Shown: in pieces, positions 1 to 11,881 of the stretch
Numbering within the stretch: the stretch's first letter is position 1
How the letters are laid out: the number at the start of each line of letters is the position of its first letter
Assembly (NCBI GenBank): GCA_013791675.1
Contig: VMTI01000208.1
Span: forward strand, 1 to 49,237
DNA from: a bacterium
Lineage (GTDB): Bacteria; CG03
Reading direction: 5' to 3'
Length of the DNA stretch: 49,237 bases
Position numbers and translations under genes: made by a program
Notes under the pieces: model-generated
Told to the model about the DNA's origin: nothing
Databases searched by the model: none
What the model saw: the letters and a program-made list of their open reading frames with translations, nothing else

Positions 1-324
1 AAGGAATATATGCAATTCCATAAGGATATTTCTTCAGCAACCGCCAGCCGGGATTTATTGTTTGGGATCAAAAATAAGATATTGAAAAAATCTGGCTGCG
101 CGTCACTTACGCGTTATAAATTTATTTAGGAAGTAATGGTGACGGGCGTTGACTTTCGTGACTTATTTCAAAACAAAAAGAAGGTGTCGGAGCTAATATA
201 ACAGAATTGATGCGCCGTGTCGCGCGGATGCTTTATATGTCAAATGTCAACCTGCCGGCAGGCAGGGATTAGGGTAAAGAAACGGTTTGCTTACAGAGGG
301 AACATTTCATATAATCGCAATGCT

Positions 325-1539
325 ATGAAAATATATAATGTACCTAAAGGAACAAGGGATATTGTCGGCGAGGAAGCCGGAAGATTTTCCCGCGTTTCGC
401 GGATTTTTGAAGAAGCCGCGAGGCTCTACGGCTATGGCCTGATCAACACGCCTATTTTTGAAGACACCGCTCTTTTTGAACGGACCATAGGCGGGGGCAG
501 TGACATCGTGCAGAAGCAGATGTACACTTTTCCGGATAAGGCCGGACGCTCCCTGACCCTGCGCCCCGAAGGCACGGCGGGAGTTGTCCGTGCGGCCATA
601 GGCGGAGGCCTTCTGCGGCCGCTGCCCCGGAGGCTTTATTATTCGGGGCCGATGTTCCGCTATGAAAGACCTCAAAAAGACCGCAAACGGCAGTTTTTCC
701 AGATGGGCGCCGAATACTTCGGAGACCAAACTTCTTTCGCCGATATAGAGATAATTTCTTTGTGCGCGTCGGCGCTTAATAAACTCGGCCTTGACTACGA
801 ATTGAAGATAAATTCCATCGGCTGTCCCGTGTGCAGGTCTGAGTACGAAAAGAAATTAAAGGCCTTCGCCGAAAAAAAGATTGACGGCCTCTGCGATGAT
901 TGCAGGGAGCGTCTCTGCGTTAATCCTCTCAGGATACTTGACTGCAAAGTTGAATCATGCGGAAAGATACTTTCCGGCGCGCCGGATGTGAGCGAAGCCC
1001 TGTGCCCGGACTGCGCCGATAATTTCACAGAGATCAGGCAGGGGCTGAATGACAGGCAAATCAGATTTACGCCGGATGTGAGGCTGGTCAGGGGCCTGGA
1101 TTATTATAACGGCTGCGTCTTTGAGTTTTACGCCAAAGGCGCCAGGGATGCCATCGCCGCAGGCGGGCGTTATGACGGCCTTGTGAAACTGCTGGGCGGT
1201 GAAGATGTGCCGGCGGTGGGTTTCGCGATAGGCGTGGACAGGATCATGCCTCTCATAGATTTTACACCGGAGAAACCCGATTACATGATCGTTTCCGCCG
1301 GAGCGCCCGTGGACGGCCTTATAGCTTTCGCGGATGATATAAGAGGCACGGGGAAGGTTTGCGTGATCTCCGCGAAGCCGAAACTTAAAAACGCTTTGAA
1401 AGAGGCTTCGGCGGCATCTTTCCGTTTCGTCCTGATCATGGGAGAGGATGAAATAAAAAATATGACGGTGACTGTCCGCGACATGGTAAGCGGTGAACAG
1501 GAAACATTATCCAGAAAGGAGTTTTTAAAAAGATTATGA
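325..1539 (+). CDS. hisS: histidine--tRNA ligase
   Basis: Track ORF 217..1539 (GTG). Class II HisRS pattern: PKGTRD near the N-terminus, RPEGTAGVVR, YYSGPMFRYERPQKDRKRQF (motif 2), GGRYDGL, and a C-terminal anticodon-binding region. Start trimmed to ATG 325 (MKIYNVPKGTRD) because homologues begin just before PKGTRD. Stop overlaps the next start (ATGA 1536-1539). Confidence 0.92.
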   Translation: MKIYNVPKGTRDIVGEEAGRFSRVSRIFEEAARLYGYGLINTPIFEDTALFERTIGGGSDIVQKQMYTFPDKAGRSLTLRPEGTAGVVRAAIGGGLLRPLPRRLYYSGPMFRYERPQKDRKRQFFQMGAEYFGDQTSFADIEIISLCASALNKLGLDYELKINSIGCPVCRSEYEKKLKAFAEKKIDGLCDDCRERLCVNPLRILDCKVESCGKILSGAPDVSEALCPDCADNFTEIRQGLNDRQIRFTPDVRLVRGLDYYNGCVFEFYAKGARDAIAAGGRYDGLVKLLGGEDVPAVGFAIGVDRIMPLIDFTPEKPDYMIVSAGAPVDGLIAFADDIRGTGKVCVISAKPKLKNALKEASAASFRFVLIMGEDEIKNMTVTVRDMVSGEQETLSRKEFLKRL

Positions 1540-2789
1540 TCTCAGAAAATTTGAAAGGCTTTAAATGTTTAAGGTGCGGAAAAGAATTTTCCTTGAAGCA
1601 GGCGCGTTACCAGTGCCCGGACTGCTCAGGGAATCTTGAGGCGGTTTACGATTACGCCCGCATAGGCCGAAAGGCTGACGCTGTGAAAAAATCTCTGGAA
1701 AAAGGCATATACAGGTATCTGCCATTTCTTCCCTTCGCTGATACAAAGCTGACGCCGCCTCTTCTGGTCGGCGGCACGCCCCTGGTGAAGAGCGACAGGC
1801 TTTCCTCAAAATGGGGCATTGAGCTTTTCTTCAAGGACGACACAAGGAATCCCTCGGCCTCGTTCAAGGACAGGGCCGGCGCCGTGGCGCTCACCGTGGC
1901 CCGCGAGGACGGGCTGGACAGGATATCCTGCGCTTCCACCGGGAACGCGGGCTCTTCTCTGGCGTGTCTTGCCGCGAGCGTGGGAATGGATTGCATTATT
2001 TTTGTTCCGGAAAAAGCCCCGCAGGCAAAGATAGCCCAGCTGCTCCTTTTCGGAGCGAAGGTTTTCGCCGTGCAGGGCACTTATGACGAGGCCTTTGACC
2101 TTTGCGCCTGTGTCTCGACGGAGATAGGCTGTTTCAACCGCAGCACGGGACTCAATCCCTGGACGAGGGAAGGCAAGAAAACGGTGTCTTTTGAGATCGC
2201 CGAGGATCTGGGATGGGAAGTGCCGGATTATGTTTTTGTCCCGGTCGGTGACGGCAACATAATAAGCGGTGTGTGGAAAGGCTTCCGCGAACTTTTCTAT
2301 GCGGGTTTCACGCAGAGCATCCCGAAGATCGTGGCCGTGCAGTCAAAAAATTCGGATGCCGTCCACAAAACGCTTGAAAAATATAAAGGCAAAGATGTGT
2401 CGCCCGAAGAGATAGAGATGATACAGGTGAACGCCACAACGATCGCCGATTCCATCAGCGTGGATGTGCCGCGCGACGGCCTCGCCGCCGTGCGGGCCGT
2501 GCGTGAGACGGACGGCTTTTCGGTGGAGATAAGTGACGAGGCGATCCTCGAGGCCATAAAAGAGATATCCTCGAACACGGGGCTGTTCCCGGAGCCGGCG
2601 GGAGCCACAGCCTACGCCGGACTTAAAAAGGCCCTTGAAGACAGGAAGGTGAAATCGGGCAGCAGGATAGTCTGCCTTGTGACAGGCAGCGGGCTGAAAG
2701 ACGTCGCATCCGCCCTCAAGGCGGCGGGCAAACCGATAAGCGTTTCAACGGATAAAGCTGAAACATTGAAGATCCTTTGCGGAAAGTGA
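1536..2789 (+). CDS. thrC: threonine synthase (PLP-dependent, N-terminal Cys4 zinc ribbon)
   Basis: 417 aa. CxxC-12-CxxC ribbon (CLRC...CPDC), PLP-lysine motif SFKDRAG, GNAGSS, tryptophan-synthase-beta-like fold pattern. Translationally coupled to hisS. Confidence 0.8.
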   Translation: MISENLKGFKCLRCGKEFSLKQARYQCPDCSGNLEAVYDYARIGRKADAVKKSLEKGIYRYLPFLPFADTKLTPPLLVGGTPLVKSDRLSSKWGIELFFKDDTRNPSASFKDRAGAVALTVAREDGLDRISCASTGNAGSSLACLAASVGMDCIIFVPEKAPQAKIAQLLLFGAKVFAVQGTYDEAFDLCACVSTEIGCFNRSTGLNPWTREGKKTVSFEIAEDLGWEVPDYVFVPVGDGNIISGVWKGFRELFYAGFTQSIPKIVAVQSKNSDAVHKTLEKYKGKDVSPEEIEMIQVNATTIADSISVDVPRDGLAAVRAVRETDGFSVEISDEAILEAIKEISSNTGLFPEPAGATAYAGLKKALEDRKVKSGSRIVCLVTGSGLKDVASALKAAGKPISVSTDKAETLKILCGK

Positions 2790-2797
2790 GCGAGCCC

Positions 2798-3295
2798 ATG
2801 GAAGAAAAAAATGTAAAAGAGGTAGCGCTGTCTCTCGGAAGCAATGTGGGCGATTCGTATCAGACGCTCCTGAGCAGCCTCAAGGACCTGAGCCGTTTCG
2901 TTGACGACATGAAGGTGTCAAGTTTTTACAGGACGGATCCGATGGATATGAAGTATCAGCCGGATTTTATCAATCTGGCGGTTGCCGGAAAAACGAGCAT
3001 ATCGCCGGATGCACTGCTCAAAAAAGTGAACAGCGTGGAGAAAAAATACGGCCGGGCCCGGGCGATAAAATACGGCCCCCGGACGCTGGATATAGACATA
3101 ATCCTTTTCGGTTCCGAGATAGTGAAGAGGGATGATCTCGTCATTCCCCATCCTGAATTCCGCAAACGGCTTTTTGTGATAGAGCCTCTCGCCGAGATAG
3201 CGCCGGAGATGAAAGACCCTGTTGACGGAAAAGAGGTGCACGAGATACTGAAGGAAGCCCGCGCGCACTTCAGCGACAGGATCGAGAAATTGTGA
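2798..3295 (+). CDS. folK: 2-amino-4-hydroxy-6-hydroxymethyldihydropteridine diphosphokinase (HPPK)
   Basis: LSLGSNVGD near the N-terminus, GPRTLDIDIILFG, IPHPEF. Track start is TTG 2777. ATG 2798 is chosen, but GTG 2786 (GTGA overlap with the thrC stop, a pattern used elsewhere in this window) is an equally possible start. Confidence 0.85.
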   Translation: MEEKNVKEVALSLGSNVGDSYQTLLSSLKDLSRFVDDMKVSSFYRTDPMDMKYQPDFINLAVAGKTSISPDALLKKVNSVEKKYGRARAIKYGPRTLDIDIILFGSEIVKRDDLVIPHPEFRKRLFVIEPLAEIAPEMKDPVDGKEVHEILKEARAHFSDRIEKL

Positions 3296-4149
3296 TAAGG
3301 GCCGTTTCGCCGAAAGACGCCGCGCGTATCTGCGATTTTAAGCGCCGGAAAGGAAAAACGCTGGGCCTTGTCCCGACGATGGGCGCACTGCACGAGGGGC
3401 ATGTCAAACTCATCAGGGAATGCCGGAAGCAGTGCTCTTTTCTGGTTGTGAGCATATTCGTCAATCCCGCTCAGTTCGGCCCGGGAGAGGATCTCGCGAG
3501 TTATCCGGCGGATTTGAAAAAAGATATGAGGATCTGCCGCGAGAACGGCGTTGATATGGTTTTTACCCCGGGGGCTGCGGATATGTATCCGGCGGATTTT
3601 GAGACTTTCGTGGAACCGGGAAGACTTGCCGCGCATCTGTGCGGGCTCAAAAGGCCGGGCCATTTCCGGGGCGTGGCGACGGTGGTCCTGAAACTTTTTA
3701 ATATTATAAGGCCGGACATAGCCGTGTTCGGGAAAAAGGACTATCAGCAGCTTGCGGTGATAAAAAAAATGGCGCGGGATCTGGATCTCACTCTGAAGAT
3801 CAGGGGCGTTGAGACCGTCAGGACGAAGAGCGGCCTCGCCGTCAGCTCCAGAAACCGCTATCTTTCCGGCGGGGAACTTGAACGCGCGGCTCTTTTAAGA
3901 AAGTCCCTGCAAGAGGGGCGCCTCATGGCCTCGCGCGGTTCGTCGGCCGATGCCATCAAAAGAAAAATAAGGGCAATGCTCAAAGCCGCCGGCGGCAGAA
4001 TAGATTATGTCTCTGTCTGCGACAGGGAATCGCTTGAGGATGTGAGGGAAGTGCGGGGAAAGGCCCTGATAGCTCTTGCCGTGAAGATCGGGCCCGCGCG
4101 GCTTATAGATAACATTGAGATAGAGGGGCCCGGCTCGGCGAAAAAATGA
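3292..4149 (+). CDS. panC: pantoate--beta-alanine ligase
   Basis: VPTMGALHEGH (HIGH-like), FVNPAQFGP, FGKKDYQQ, AVSSRNRYL. GTG start overlaps the folK stop (GTGA). Confidence 0.92.
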   Translation: MIRAVSPKDAARICDFKRRKGKTLGLVPTMGALHEGHVKLIRECRKQCSFLVVSIFVNPAQFGPGEDLASYPADLKKDMRICRENGVDMVFTPGAADMYPADFETFVEPGRLAAHLCGLKRPGHFRGVATVVLKLFNIIRPDIAVFGKKDYQQLAVIKKMARDLDLTLKIRGVETVRTKSGLAVSSRNRYLSGGELERAALLRKSLQEGRLMASRGSSADAIKRKIRAMLKAAGGRIDYVSVCDRESLEDVREVRGKALIALAVKIGPARLIDNIEIEGPGSAKK

Positions 4150-4424
4150 ATATAGACGAGATCAAAAAAATAGCGGCGCTCGCCAGAATAGAAATCCCGG
4201 AGGAGCGCCTGGAAGATTTTGCCGGTGAATTCAACAAGATACTGGAATATTTTAAAAAACTTGACAGCGCTCCGACCGAAGGAGTTGAGCCTTTTCGTTT
4301 TGAAGAGGAAAATGTCTGGCGGAGCGATCTCCCGTCTTCTGACAGCGACGCCAGAGAAAGAATACTCAAGAATGCCCCGGAGAGGCAGGATGACTTTTTC
4401 AAGGTCAGGAAGGTTATAGAATGA
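4146..4424 (+). CDS. gatC: Asp/Glu-tRNA(Asn/Gln) amidotransferase subunit C
   Basis: 92-aa acidic protein directly upstream of and overlapping gatA (ATGA at both ends). LARIEIPEE...F pattern typical of GatC. The call relies partly on gatCAB context. Confidence 0.8.
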   Translation: MNIDEIKKIAALARIEIPEERLEDFAGEFNKILEYFKKLDSAPTEGVEPFRFEEENVWRSDLPSSDSDARERILKNAPERQDDFFKVRKVIE

Positions 4425-5767
4425 GCGTAAAAGAAAATATCTCATCCTGCATAGTGAAGATAAAGAGCGACAGGACAAACAGCTTTATAGAAATTTTTGA
4501 GAAGAGGGCTCTCAGGAAAGCTGAAGGAATTGACAGCCGTCTTGCGTCGGGCGACAGGAATCTCCCTCTGGCGGGTGAGCCAGTGGCTATAAAAGACAAT
4601 ATGGTCATAAAGGGCGAGGCGGCCGGCTGCGCGTCCCGGATACTTGAGGGCTTTGTTTCGCCCTACGACGCTGAAGTTGTGACAAGACTGGAGAACGCCG
4701 GCGCTGTGATCGTGGGAAGAACGAATATGGACGAGTTCGCCATGGGCTCTTCAACAGAAACATCCGTCTTTGGCCCTACGAGAAATCCTGTTGATATGGA
4801 AAGAGTGCCGGGGGGTTCATCCGGCGGCTCCGCCGCGGCGGTCGCCTCGGGGCTGGTTCCTTATTCTCTGGGCTCCGATACGGGAGGCTCCATAAGACAG
4901 CCCGCGTCATTTTGCGGCATCTGCGGCATGAAGCCGACCTACGGGGCGGTGTCGCGTTACGGGCTGATAGCTTTTGCCTCGTCGCTGGACCAGATAGGGC
5001 CTTTCGCGAAGGATATGGACGGCATTGAAAAAATATTCAATATCATAGCCGGCAAGGATGAAAAAGATGAGACTTCCCGCGAGATAGAAAAACTTTCCGG
5101 GAAAAAAGGGAAACTTGTCTGCGGCATACCCAAAGAATTTTCAGGAAGCAGCCCTGGAGTGAAAGAGGTGTTTGATAAAGCGGTTAAGAAACTCAGCCGG
5201 GATTTTGAGATAATAGATGTTTCATTGCCCTCAACGGAATACGCGGTTTCGATATATTACATAATCGCGCCCTCGGAAGCGTCGTCCAACCTTTCCCGTT
5301 TTGACGGCATAAGATACGGTTTCAGAGCGGAATCAGAAGATCTCATAGACGGATATTTCAAAACAAGGGGGCAGGGTTTCGGCGATGAGGTCAAGAGAAG
5401 GATAATGCTGGGCGCTTTCGCGCTCTCGTCGGGTTATTACGACGCTTATTATATGAAAGCGCTCAAAATAAGGCGCCTCATAAAGAATGAGTTCGACAGC
5501 GCTTTTCAAAAAGCCGATGTCATAATCAGCCCCACCTCGCCGAGGACGGCTTTCAAACTGGGCGAAATAACGGATCCTCTTTCCCTCTATCTTCAGGATG
5601 CTTACACAATCCCGGCGAACATGGCGGGGCTGCCTGCCGTATCCATCCCCTGCGGAAAAGATCCCGCGGGCCTGCCGGTGGGTTTTCAGATAATGGCTCC
5701 GAGGGCAAGGGATATTTTCCTCATAGAAACGGCTAAACAAATTGAGGCGGTGTTTTCAAATGAGTGA
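4421..5767 (+). CDS. gatA: Asp/Glu-tRNA(Asn/Gln) amidotransferase subunit A
   Basis: Amidase signature GGSSGGSAAAVA and GSDTGGSIRQPA. 448 aa, followed by gatB. Confidence 0.94.
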   Translation: MSVKENISSCIVKIKSDRTNSFIEIFEKRALRKAEGIDSRLASGDRNLPLAGEPVAIKDNMVIKGEAAGCASRILEGFVSPYDAEVVTRLENAGAVIVGRTNMDEFAMGSSTETSVFGPTRNPVDMERVPGGSSGGSAAAVASGLVPYSLGSDTGGSIRQPASFCGICGMKPTYGAVSRYGLIAFASSLDQIGPFAKDMDGIEKIFNIIAGKDEKDETSREIEKLSGKKGKLVCGIPKEFSGSSPGVKEVFDKAVKKLSRDFEIIDVSLPSTEYAVSIYYIIAPSEASSNLSRFDGIRYGFRAESEDLIDGYFKTRGQGFGDEVKRRIMLGAFALSSGYYDAYYMKALKIRRLIKNEFDSAFQKADVIISPTSPRTAFKLGEITDPLSLYLQDAYTIPANMAGLPAVSIPCGKDPAGLPVGFQIMAPRARDIFLIETAKQIEAVFSNE

Positions 5768-7193
5768 TTTTATAGTCAGCATAGGCCTTGAGGTGCATGT
5801 GCAGTTGAAGACCAAAACCAAAATGTTCTGCTCCTGCGCCGCCGATTCACAGGCCCCGCCCAATACCAATATCTGTCCCGTGTGCACAGGACAGCCGGGA
5901 GTCCTTCCTGTTAAAAATGAAGAAGCTGTTTTACTGGGTATCCGGGCCGGTCTTGCGCTTAATTGTAAAATTGAAAAATTTTCAGTTTTTGAAAGGAAAA
6001 ATTATTTTTATCCCGATTTGCCCAAAGCTTATCAGATATCCCAATGTGAGCTTCCGCTGGCCAGCGGGGGATATATCGATGTTGGTGAAAAACGAATCAG
6101 ACTGACAAGAGCGCATCTTGAGGAGGACGCGGGCAAACTTCTCCATTTTATAGGCAGTGAGCCTGTTGACGGCTCTCTTGTAGATTTGAACAGATGCGGC
6201 ACGCCGCTCCTTGAGATCGTGTCCGAACCGGATATTGATTCGCCGCAGCTTGCTTTTGATTATCTTAAGACTTTGCGAAGGATAATGAGGTATGCCGGTG
6301 TTTCCGACTGCGACATGGAAGAGGGCTCTTTGCGATGCGACTGTAATATATCTATCCGTCGATCCGAGGACGAGCCGCTGGGTGTGAAAGCGGAAATAAA
6401 GAACATGAATTCTTTCAAGGAGCTGAAAGACGCATCTACTTACGAGATAGAAAGGCAGAAAAAACTCGTGGACGGCGGAGGGCAAGTCGTTCAGGAGACA
6501 AGGCTCTGGAATTCCTCCAAGGGAAAGACCTTTTCAATGCGTTCAAAAGAAGAGGCCGCGGATTACAGATATTTTCCGGATCCCGATTTGAAGCCCGTCT
6601 ATGTCAGTGCCGGGATGCTTAAAAAAGAGAAGGAAGCTCTACCTTCTCTGCCGCTGGAAATGAAGAAGAAATTTATGAGCCGGGGACTGAGCGAATATCA
6701 GGCGGACATACTCACGGATGAAAAAGTGCTGGCTGACTATTTTGATGAAGTTATCGCAGGCGTTACTCCGGACGGGCAGGAAGAAGCGGCCAATATCGTG
6801 ATAAGCTATCTTCTCGCGGAATTTGATCAGAGCGCGCTGTCTCTTGAAGAGTTGAAAAAAATAGTGCCGCCCGCCCATATATGCGAGCTGGTTAAATTAA
6901 GAAAAGAAGGGAAGATAAATAAGCAGGTTTTGAAAACGATTTTCCCGAAGATGGTTAAAGACGGTGCCTCACCCCGCGACCTTGCGGGTGATGTTGATAT
7001 TGTCAGCGATGAGAGCGCGATCATCAAACTGGCGGAAGAAGCGGTCAAGGCCAACGCCTCGTCGTGGGAAGACTATAAATCGGGCAAGGAAAAAGCTTCG
7101 GGAAGGATCGTGGCCCATGTCATGAAAGAAAGCCGCGGCGCCGCGGATCCGGCAACGGTCATGAAAATACTGAAGCGCATGGCGGGGAAATGA
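5760..7193 (+). CDS. gatB: Asp/Glu-tRNA(Asn/Gln) amidotransferase subunit B
   Basis: IGLEVHVQL, CPVCTGQPGVLP, LEEDAGK, C-terminal YqeY-like tail. Start moved from 5742 to ATG 5760 (MSDFIVSIGLEVH), overlapping the gatA stop (ATGAGTGA). Confidence 0.94.
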   Translation: MSDFIVSIGLEVHVQLKTKTKMFCSCAADSQAPPNTNICPVCTGQPGVLPVKNEEAVLLGIRAGLALNCKIEKFSVFERKNYFYPDLPKAYQISQCELPLASGGYIDVGEKRIRLTRAHLEEDAGKLLHFIGSEPVDGSLVDLNRCGTPLLEIVSEPDIDSPQLAFDYLKTLRRIMRYAGVSDCDMEEGSLRCDCNISIRRSEDEPLGVKAEIKNMNSFKELKDASTYEIERQKKLVDGGGQVVQETRLWNSSKGKTFSMRSKEEAADYRYFPDPDLKPVYVSAGMLKKEKEALPSLPLEMKKKFMSRGLSEYQADILTDEKVLADYFDEVIAGVTPDGQEEAANIVISYLLAEFDQSALSLEELKKIVPPAHICELVKLRKEGKINKQVLKTIFPKMVKDGASPRDLAGDVDIVSDESAIIKLAEEAVKANASSWEDYKSGKEKASGRIVAHVMKESRGAADPATVMKILKRMAGK

Positions 7194-7549
7194 AAAAAAT
7201 ACTTATAATAGAGGACAACGCGGATTCAAGGGAGATATTCCGCACAGTCCTGGAAATGGCGGATTATGAGGTGACGGAAGCCGTTGACGGCGAAGACGCC
7301 CTTAAAAAGATAGACGAATCGGAATATTCCGTGATCCTCGTTGACCTGTCACTGCCTAAAATATCGGGCTGGGATCTGATAGAGATAATAAAGGGCAAAT
7401 ACCCCTCGACGCCCCTGATAGCGGCCACTGCCCACGCGATGAGCGGCGACAGGGACAGGGCTCTGAAGGCCGGCTGCGATGATTATATATCAAAGCCGCT
7501 GAAACCCTCGGACCTTGTAAAGAAAGTCGGTAAATATACGGAACGATAG
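7190..7549 (+). CDS. stand-alone response-regulator receiver protein (CheY-like)
   Basis: 119 aa. IIEDN, phospho-acceptor context ILVDLSLP, T at AATAH, DDYISKP. No output domain. Start overlaps the gatB stop (ATGA). Confidence 0.88.
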   Translation: MKKILIIEDNADSREIFRTVLEMADYEVTEAVDGEDALKKIDESEYSVILVDLSLPKISGWDLIEIIKGKYPSTPLIAATAHAMSGDRDRALKAGCDDYISKPLKPSDLVKKVGKYTER

Positions 7550-7587
7550 AGAAAGAGGCCGGCCTATTGCCGGCGCGGGAGGATAAT

Positions 7588-7950
7588 ATGTCAAAAATAC
7601 TGATAGTTGAAGATGATCCGGATTCAAGGGAGATCCTGGGCGAACGCCTGAGGGCATACGGTTTTGATGTGGCGGAGGCGGTAAACGGATGGGAGGCCGT
7701 TGAAAAACTCAAAAAATATAAAGCCGATCTCATCATCATGGACATAATGATGCCGAAGCTTGACGGTTATACAGCCTGCAAGATCATAAGAGAAGATTCT
7801 AAAACCGCGAAAGTGCCGATAATTTTTTTGACGGCGAAAGAGCTCATCGGCGAGATAGAGAAGGCTTTTATCTGCGGCGGCGATGATTACGTCATTAAAC
7901 CTGTGACATGGGAGCGCCTGCTGCCCAAGATCAAGAAATTCATCCCGTGA
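7588..7950 (+). CDS. stand-alone response-regulator receiver protein (CheY-like)
   Basis: ILIVEDDPD, LIIMDIMMP, FLTA, DDYVIKP. ATG 7588 is preceded by GGGAGGA. Track start 7567 is rejected because it includes the SD. Confidence 0.88.
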   Translation: MSKILIVEDDPDSREILGERLRAYGFDVAEAVNGWEAVEKLKKYKADLIIMDIMMPKLDGYTACKIIREDSKTAKVPIIFLTAKELIGEIEKAFICGGDDYVIKPVTWERLLPKIKKFIP

Positions 7951-7975
7951 TCAGGGCGGAGCGGGGTTTTGAGCG

Positions 7976-9756
<1,781 letters not shown>

Positions 9757-9757
<1 letters not shown>

Positions 9758-10827
9758 TGAAAGTTTTTCATATTGATTCCGAGAAAACTTTTCGCGGCGG
9801 GCAGAGGCAGGTGCTCTATCTGCTGGAGGGCCTCAAAGAAAGAGGCGTGGAGAATTTTTTATTCTGCCCCGGGAAATCCCCTCTCTTTGAAAGAGCCGGC
9901 CATATCAGTAAGATCCCGGCGGCCATGCTTGGAGAATTCGATATTTTTTCCGCTTTCAAAATATCAAGACACATCAACAGGGAAGAACCGGATATAATCC
10001 ATTGCCACAGCGCCCACGCTCTTTCGATCGGGTTAATCGCGAAAAAGCTGGCTTCTTTCAAGCCCGCGCTAATTGCCGCGCGCAGAGTGGATTTCCATAT
10101 AAGATGTTTGAGAAAATATCTGAGCGCCGACAGAATTATAACGGTGTCAAAGGCGATACAAAAAATTTTAATATCAGACGGTGTGCCCGCGGATAAAATA
10201 GATGTTGTGTATTCGGGAATAAAAAAAGAGCAATTTGAAAATTTAAAGGGCGATTACCTTTACAAAGAATTAGGGTTAAACAAAAGCGATGTAATAGTCG
10301 GGAATATTGCCGCTTTGACCGAACAGAAAGACCACTTCACTTTTTTGAAGGCGGCGAAGATAGCATTGGGAAAAAATAAAAATATGAAATTTGTTATTGT
10401 CGGTGACGGGGGGCTTAGACGGAAACTTATGGATTTCAGCCGTAATAATGGCACGGGTGATAATGTTGTTTTTACGGGTTTTAGAAAAGATGCCCTGAAT
10501 TTTTTAAAGATTTTTAACATTTTTGCGATGTCGTCAAAATGGGAAGGTCTGGGCACTTCCATTTTAGACGCGATGTCGTCGGGAGTTCCCGTGGTATCAA
10601 CCTCTGCCGGAGGTATTAAAGAAATTATTGAAGACGGCGAAAACGGCTTATTAGCCGACCCCGGCGACGCGCCGGATCTGGCAGAAAAAATAATCAGGCT
10701 TGTCTCCGACGCGGGTTTGAGAAGGGCTTTGACGGATGAGGGCAGGAACATCGCCGAAAAATTCAGCTCCGAAAAAACCGCGGAAGGCACGCTTGCCGTT
10801 TACAGGAAGGTTTTAAATGGAAATTAA
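9757..10827 (+). CDS. glycosyltransferase, GT-B fold (family 4-like)
   Basis: 356 aa. FRGGQRQVLYL N-terminal half, C-terminal SKWEGLGTSILDAMSSGVPVVSTSAGGIKEIIEDGENG (E-x7-E region). ATG overlaps the kinase stop. Confidence 0.85.
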
Positions 10828-11806
10828 AGAGATACTGGTAATACAGATAAAGCAGATAGGCGACTGTATTCTGACGGAGCCGGTTTTCAGGGCGCTCAAA
10901 GAAAAATATCTCGGTTGCCGGACATCATTTGTCGTCTCGTCGGCCTTCTCGGGTATCTTTGAAAACAATCCCTATATTGACGAGGTCATATCATATAATT
11001 TCAAAAAGCCTTTTGCGGAGCTTATAAAAATAAGAAAGAAAAAATATGATGTCGTGATGGATTTCCTGGGCAATCCCAGAAGCCGCGGCCTCACTCTTTT
11101 CGCGAGGTCGCCTCTCAAGCTGGGTTTTACGAAAAAAGGAAGCGCTTTTTTCTACACAAAAACCGTGCCGGCCTCATCCGGCCCCGAATATGTCAGCGAT
11201 ACAAAATTCAGGATGCTAGCGGCGCTGGGAATATCCGCGTCGCCGAGGCCGATAAAGATCTATCTCACAGATGAGGAAAAGAAAATGTTCGCGGATTATT
11301 CCCGTGAAAAAGGCCGTGCCGGGCTTGTGGCCATATCTGCGACCAGCCGACGGCCGGCGCGCAGATGGACAAAAGAACATTTTGCCGAATTGGCTGATAT
11401 CCTGATGCGTAGCCACGGCCTTATGCCTGTTTTTGTCTGGGGGCCCGGCGAGGAAGATTATGTGAAGTCCGTGATGGATATGATGAAAGAGAAGGCTCTC
11501 ATGGCGCCGCCGACAAAATTACGGGAGCTTGCCTCATTGCTATATAATTGTAAGCTGCTTGTGAGCAACGATAACGGCGTCAGGCATCTGGCGGCGGCTG
11601 TGGGCACCCCCACACTTGTTATGACCGGCCCGACTTTCAGGGAGTGCTGGACGCCCAAAGAAAAAGAGCACCGCGCTTTACAGGCTGATGTGCCCTGTAT
11701 CGCCTGCAGCCGCACGGAGTGCGACAGCATGATATGTATGAAAGATTTAAGGTCGGAAGAAGTGGTGAAGGAAGCTGCGGATATGCTGGCAATACATAAG
11801 TGCTAA
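10817..11806 (+). CDS. glycosyltransferase family 9 (heptosyltransferase-like)
   Basis: ILVIQIKQIGDCILTEPVFRALKE N-terminus, RRWTKEHFAEL, LLVSNDNGVRHLAAAVGTP, typical of ADP-heptose:LPS heptosyltransferases. Confidence 0.85.
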   Translation: MEIKEILVIQIKQIGDCILTEPVFRALKEKYLGCRTSFVVSSAFSGIFENNPYIDEVISYNFKKPFAELIKIRKKKYDVVMDFLGNPRSRGLTLFARSPLKLGFTKKGSAFFYTKTVPASSGPEYVSDTKFRMLAALGISASPRPIKIYLTDEEKKMFADYSREKGRAGLVAISATSRRPARRWTKEHFAELADILMRSHGLMPVFVWGPGEEDYVKSVMDMMKEKALMAPPTKLRELASLLYNCKLLVSNDNGVRHLAAAVGTPTLVMTGPTFRECWTPKEKEHRALQADVPCIACSRTECDSMICMKDLRSEEVVKEAADMLAIHKC

Positions 11807-11818
11807 TTATTGCAGGTA

Positions 11819-11845
11819 TTGACGCCCTCACCGAATTTTTATAAT
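11819..11845 (+). promoter_or_regulatory. sigma70-like promoter candidate for the abiE pair (TTGACG-15 nt-TATAAT)
   Basis: -35 TTGACG at 11819-11824, -10 TATAAT at 11840-11845. The spacer is only 15 nt, which lowers confidence. Lies 37 nt upstream of ATG 11882. Confidence 0.4.
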
Positions 11846-11856
11846 ATTTCCGTAGA

Positions 11857-11872
11857 TTGATAAAAATATCAA
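11857..11872. promoter_or_regulatory. palindrome TTGATA-aaaa-TATCAA, candidate AbiEi operator
   Basis: Perfect 6-bp arms between the -10 candidate and the SD (GGTGGGGA). AbiEi antitoxins are known to autorepress via inverted repeats in their promoter. Confidence 0.3.
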
Positions 11873-11881
11873 GGTGGGGAA

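Noticed and set aside
1-129. Open-ended plus-strand reading frame (phase 1) ending at TAG 127-129, a possible 3' end of an upstream gene
   Set aside because: Only 42 codons are visible (KEYMQFHKDISSATASRDLLFGIKNKILKKSGCASLTRYKFI), with no recognisable motif. I cannot distinguish this from chance, so it is not reported as a feature.
217-324. N-terminal extensions given by the ORF track (217, 2777, 5742, 7567, 14631, 29105, 29893, 30945, 36393, 37208, 42139; minus strand 20753, 23736, 40095)
   Set aside because: The extensions use GTG/TTG or upstream ATGs that read through the upstream gene, an SD sequence or a promoter box. Family N-termini and SD spacing support the internal starts I report. 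Several remain uncertain and are flagged in the feature evidence.
130-324. Possible T-box, riboswitch or attenuator leader upstream of hisS
   Set aside because: Only short stems are present (CGCGT-cactt-ACGCG at about 99-113, and the TGCCGGCA palindrome). I could not recognise a specifier/antiterminator architecture or a conserved riboswitch core.
2956-3663. 235-aa minus-strand ORF spanning folK/panC, and similar long antisense ORFs (307..729, 10260..10790, 31248..31826, 39086..39610, 39728..40180, 30433..31127)
   Set aside because: They lie antisense to genes with strong family motifs. Their translations are Arg/Ser/Pro-biased without motifs, and no SD-like signals are evident.
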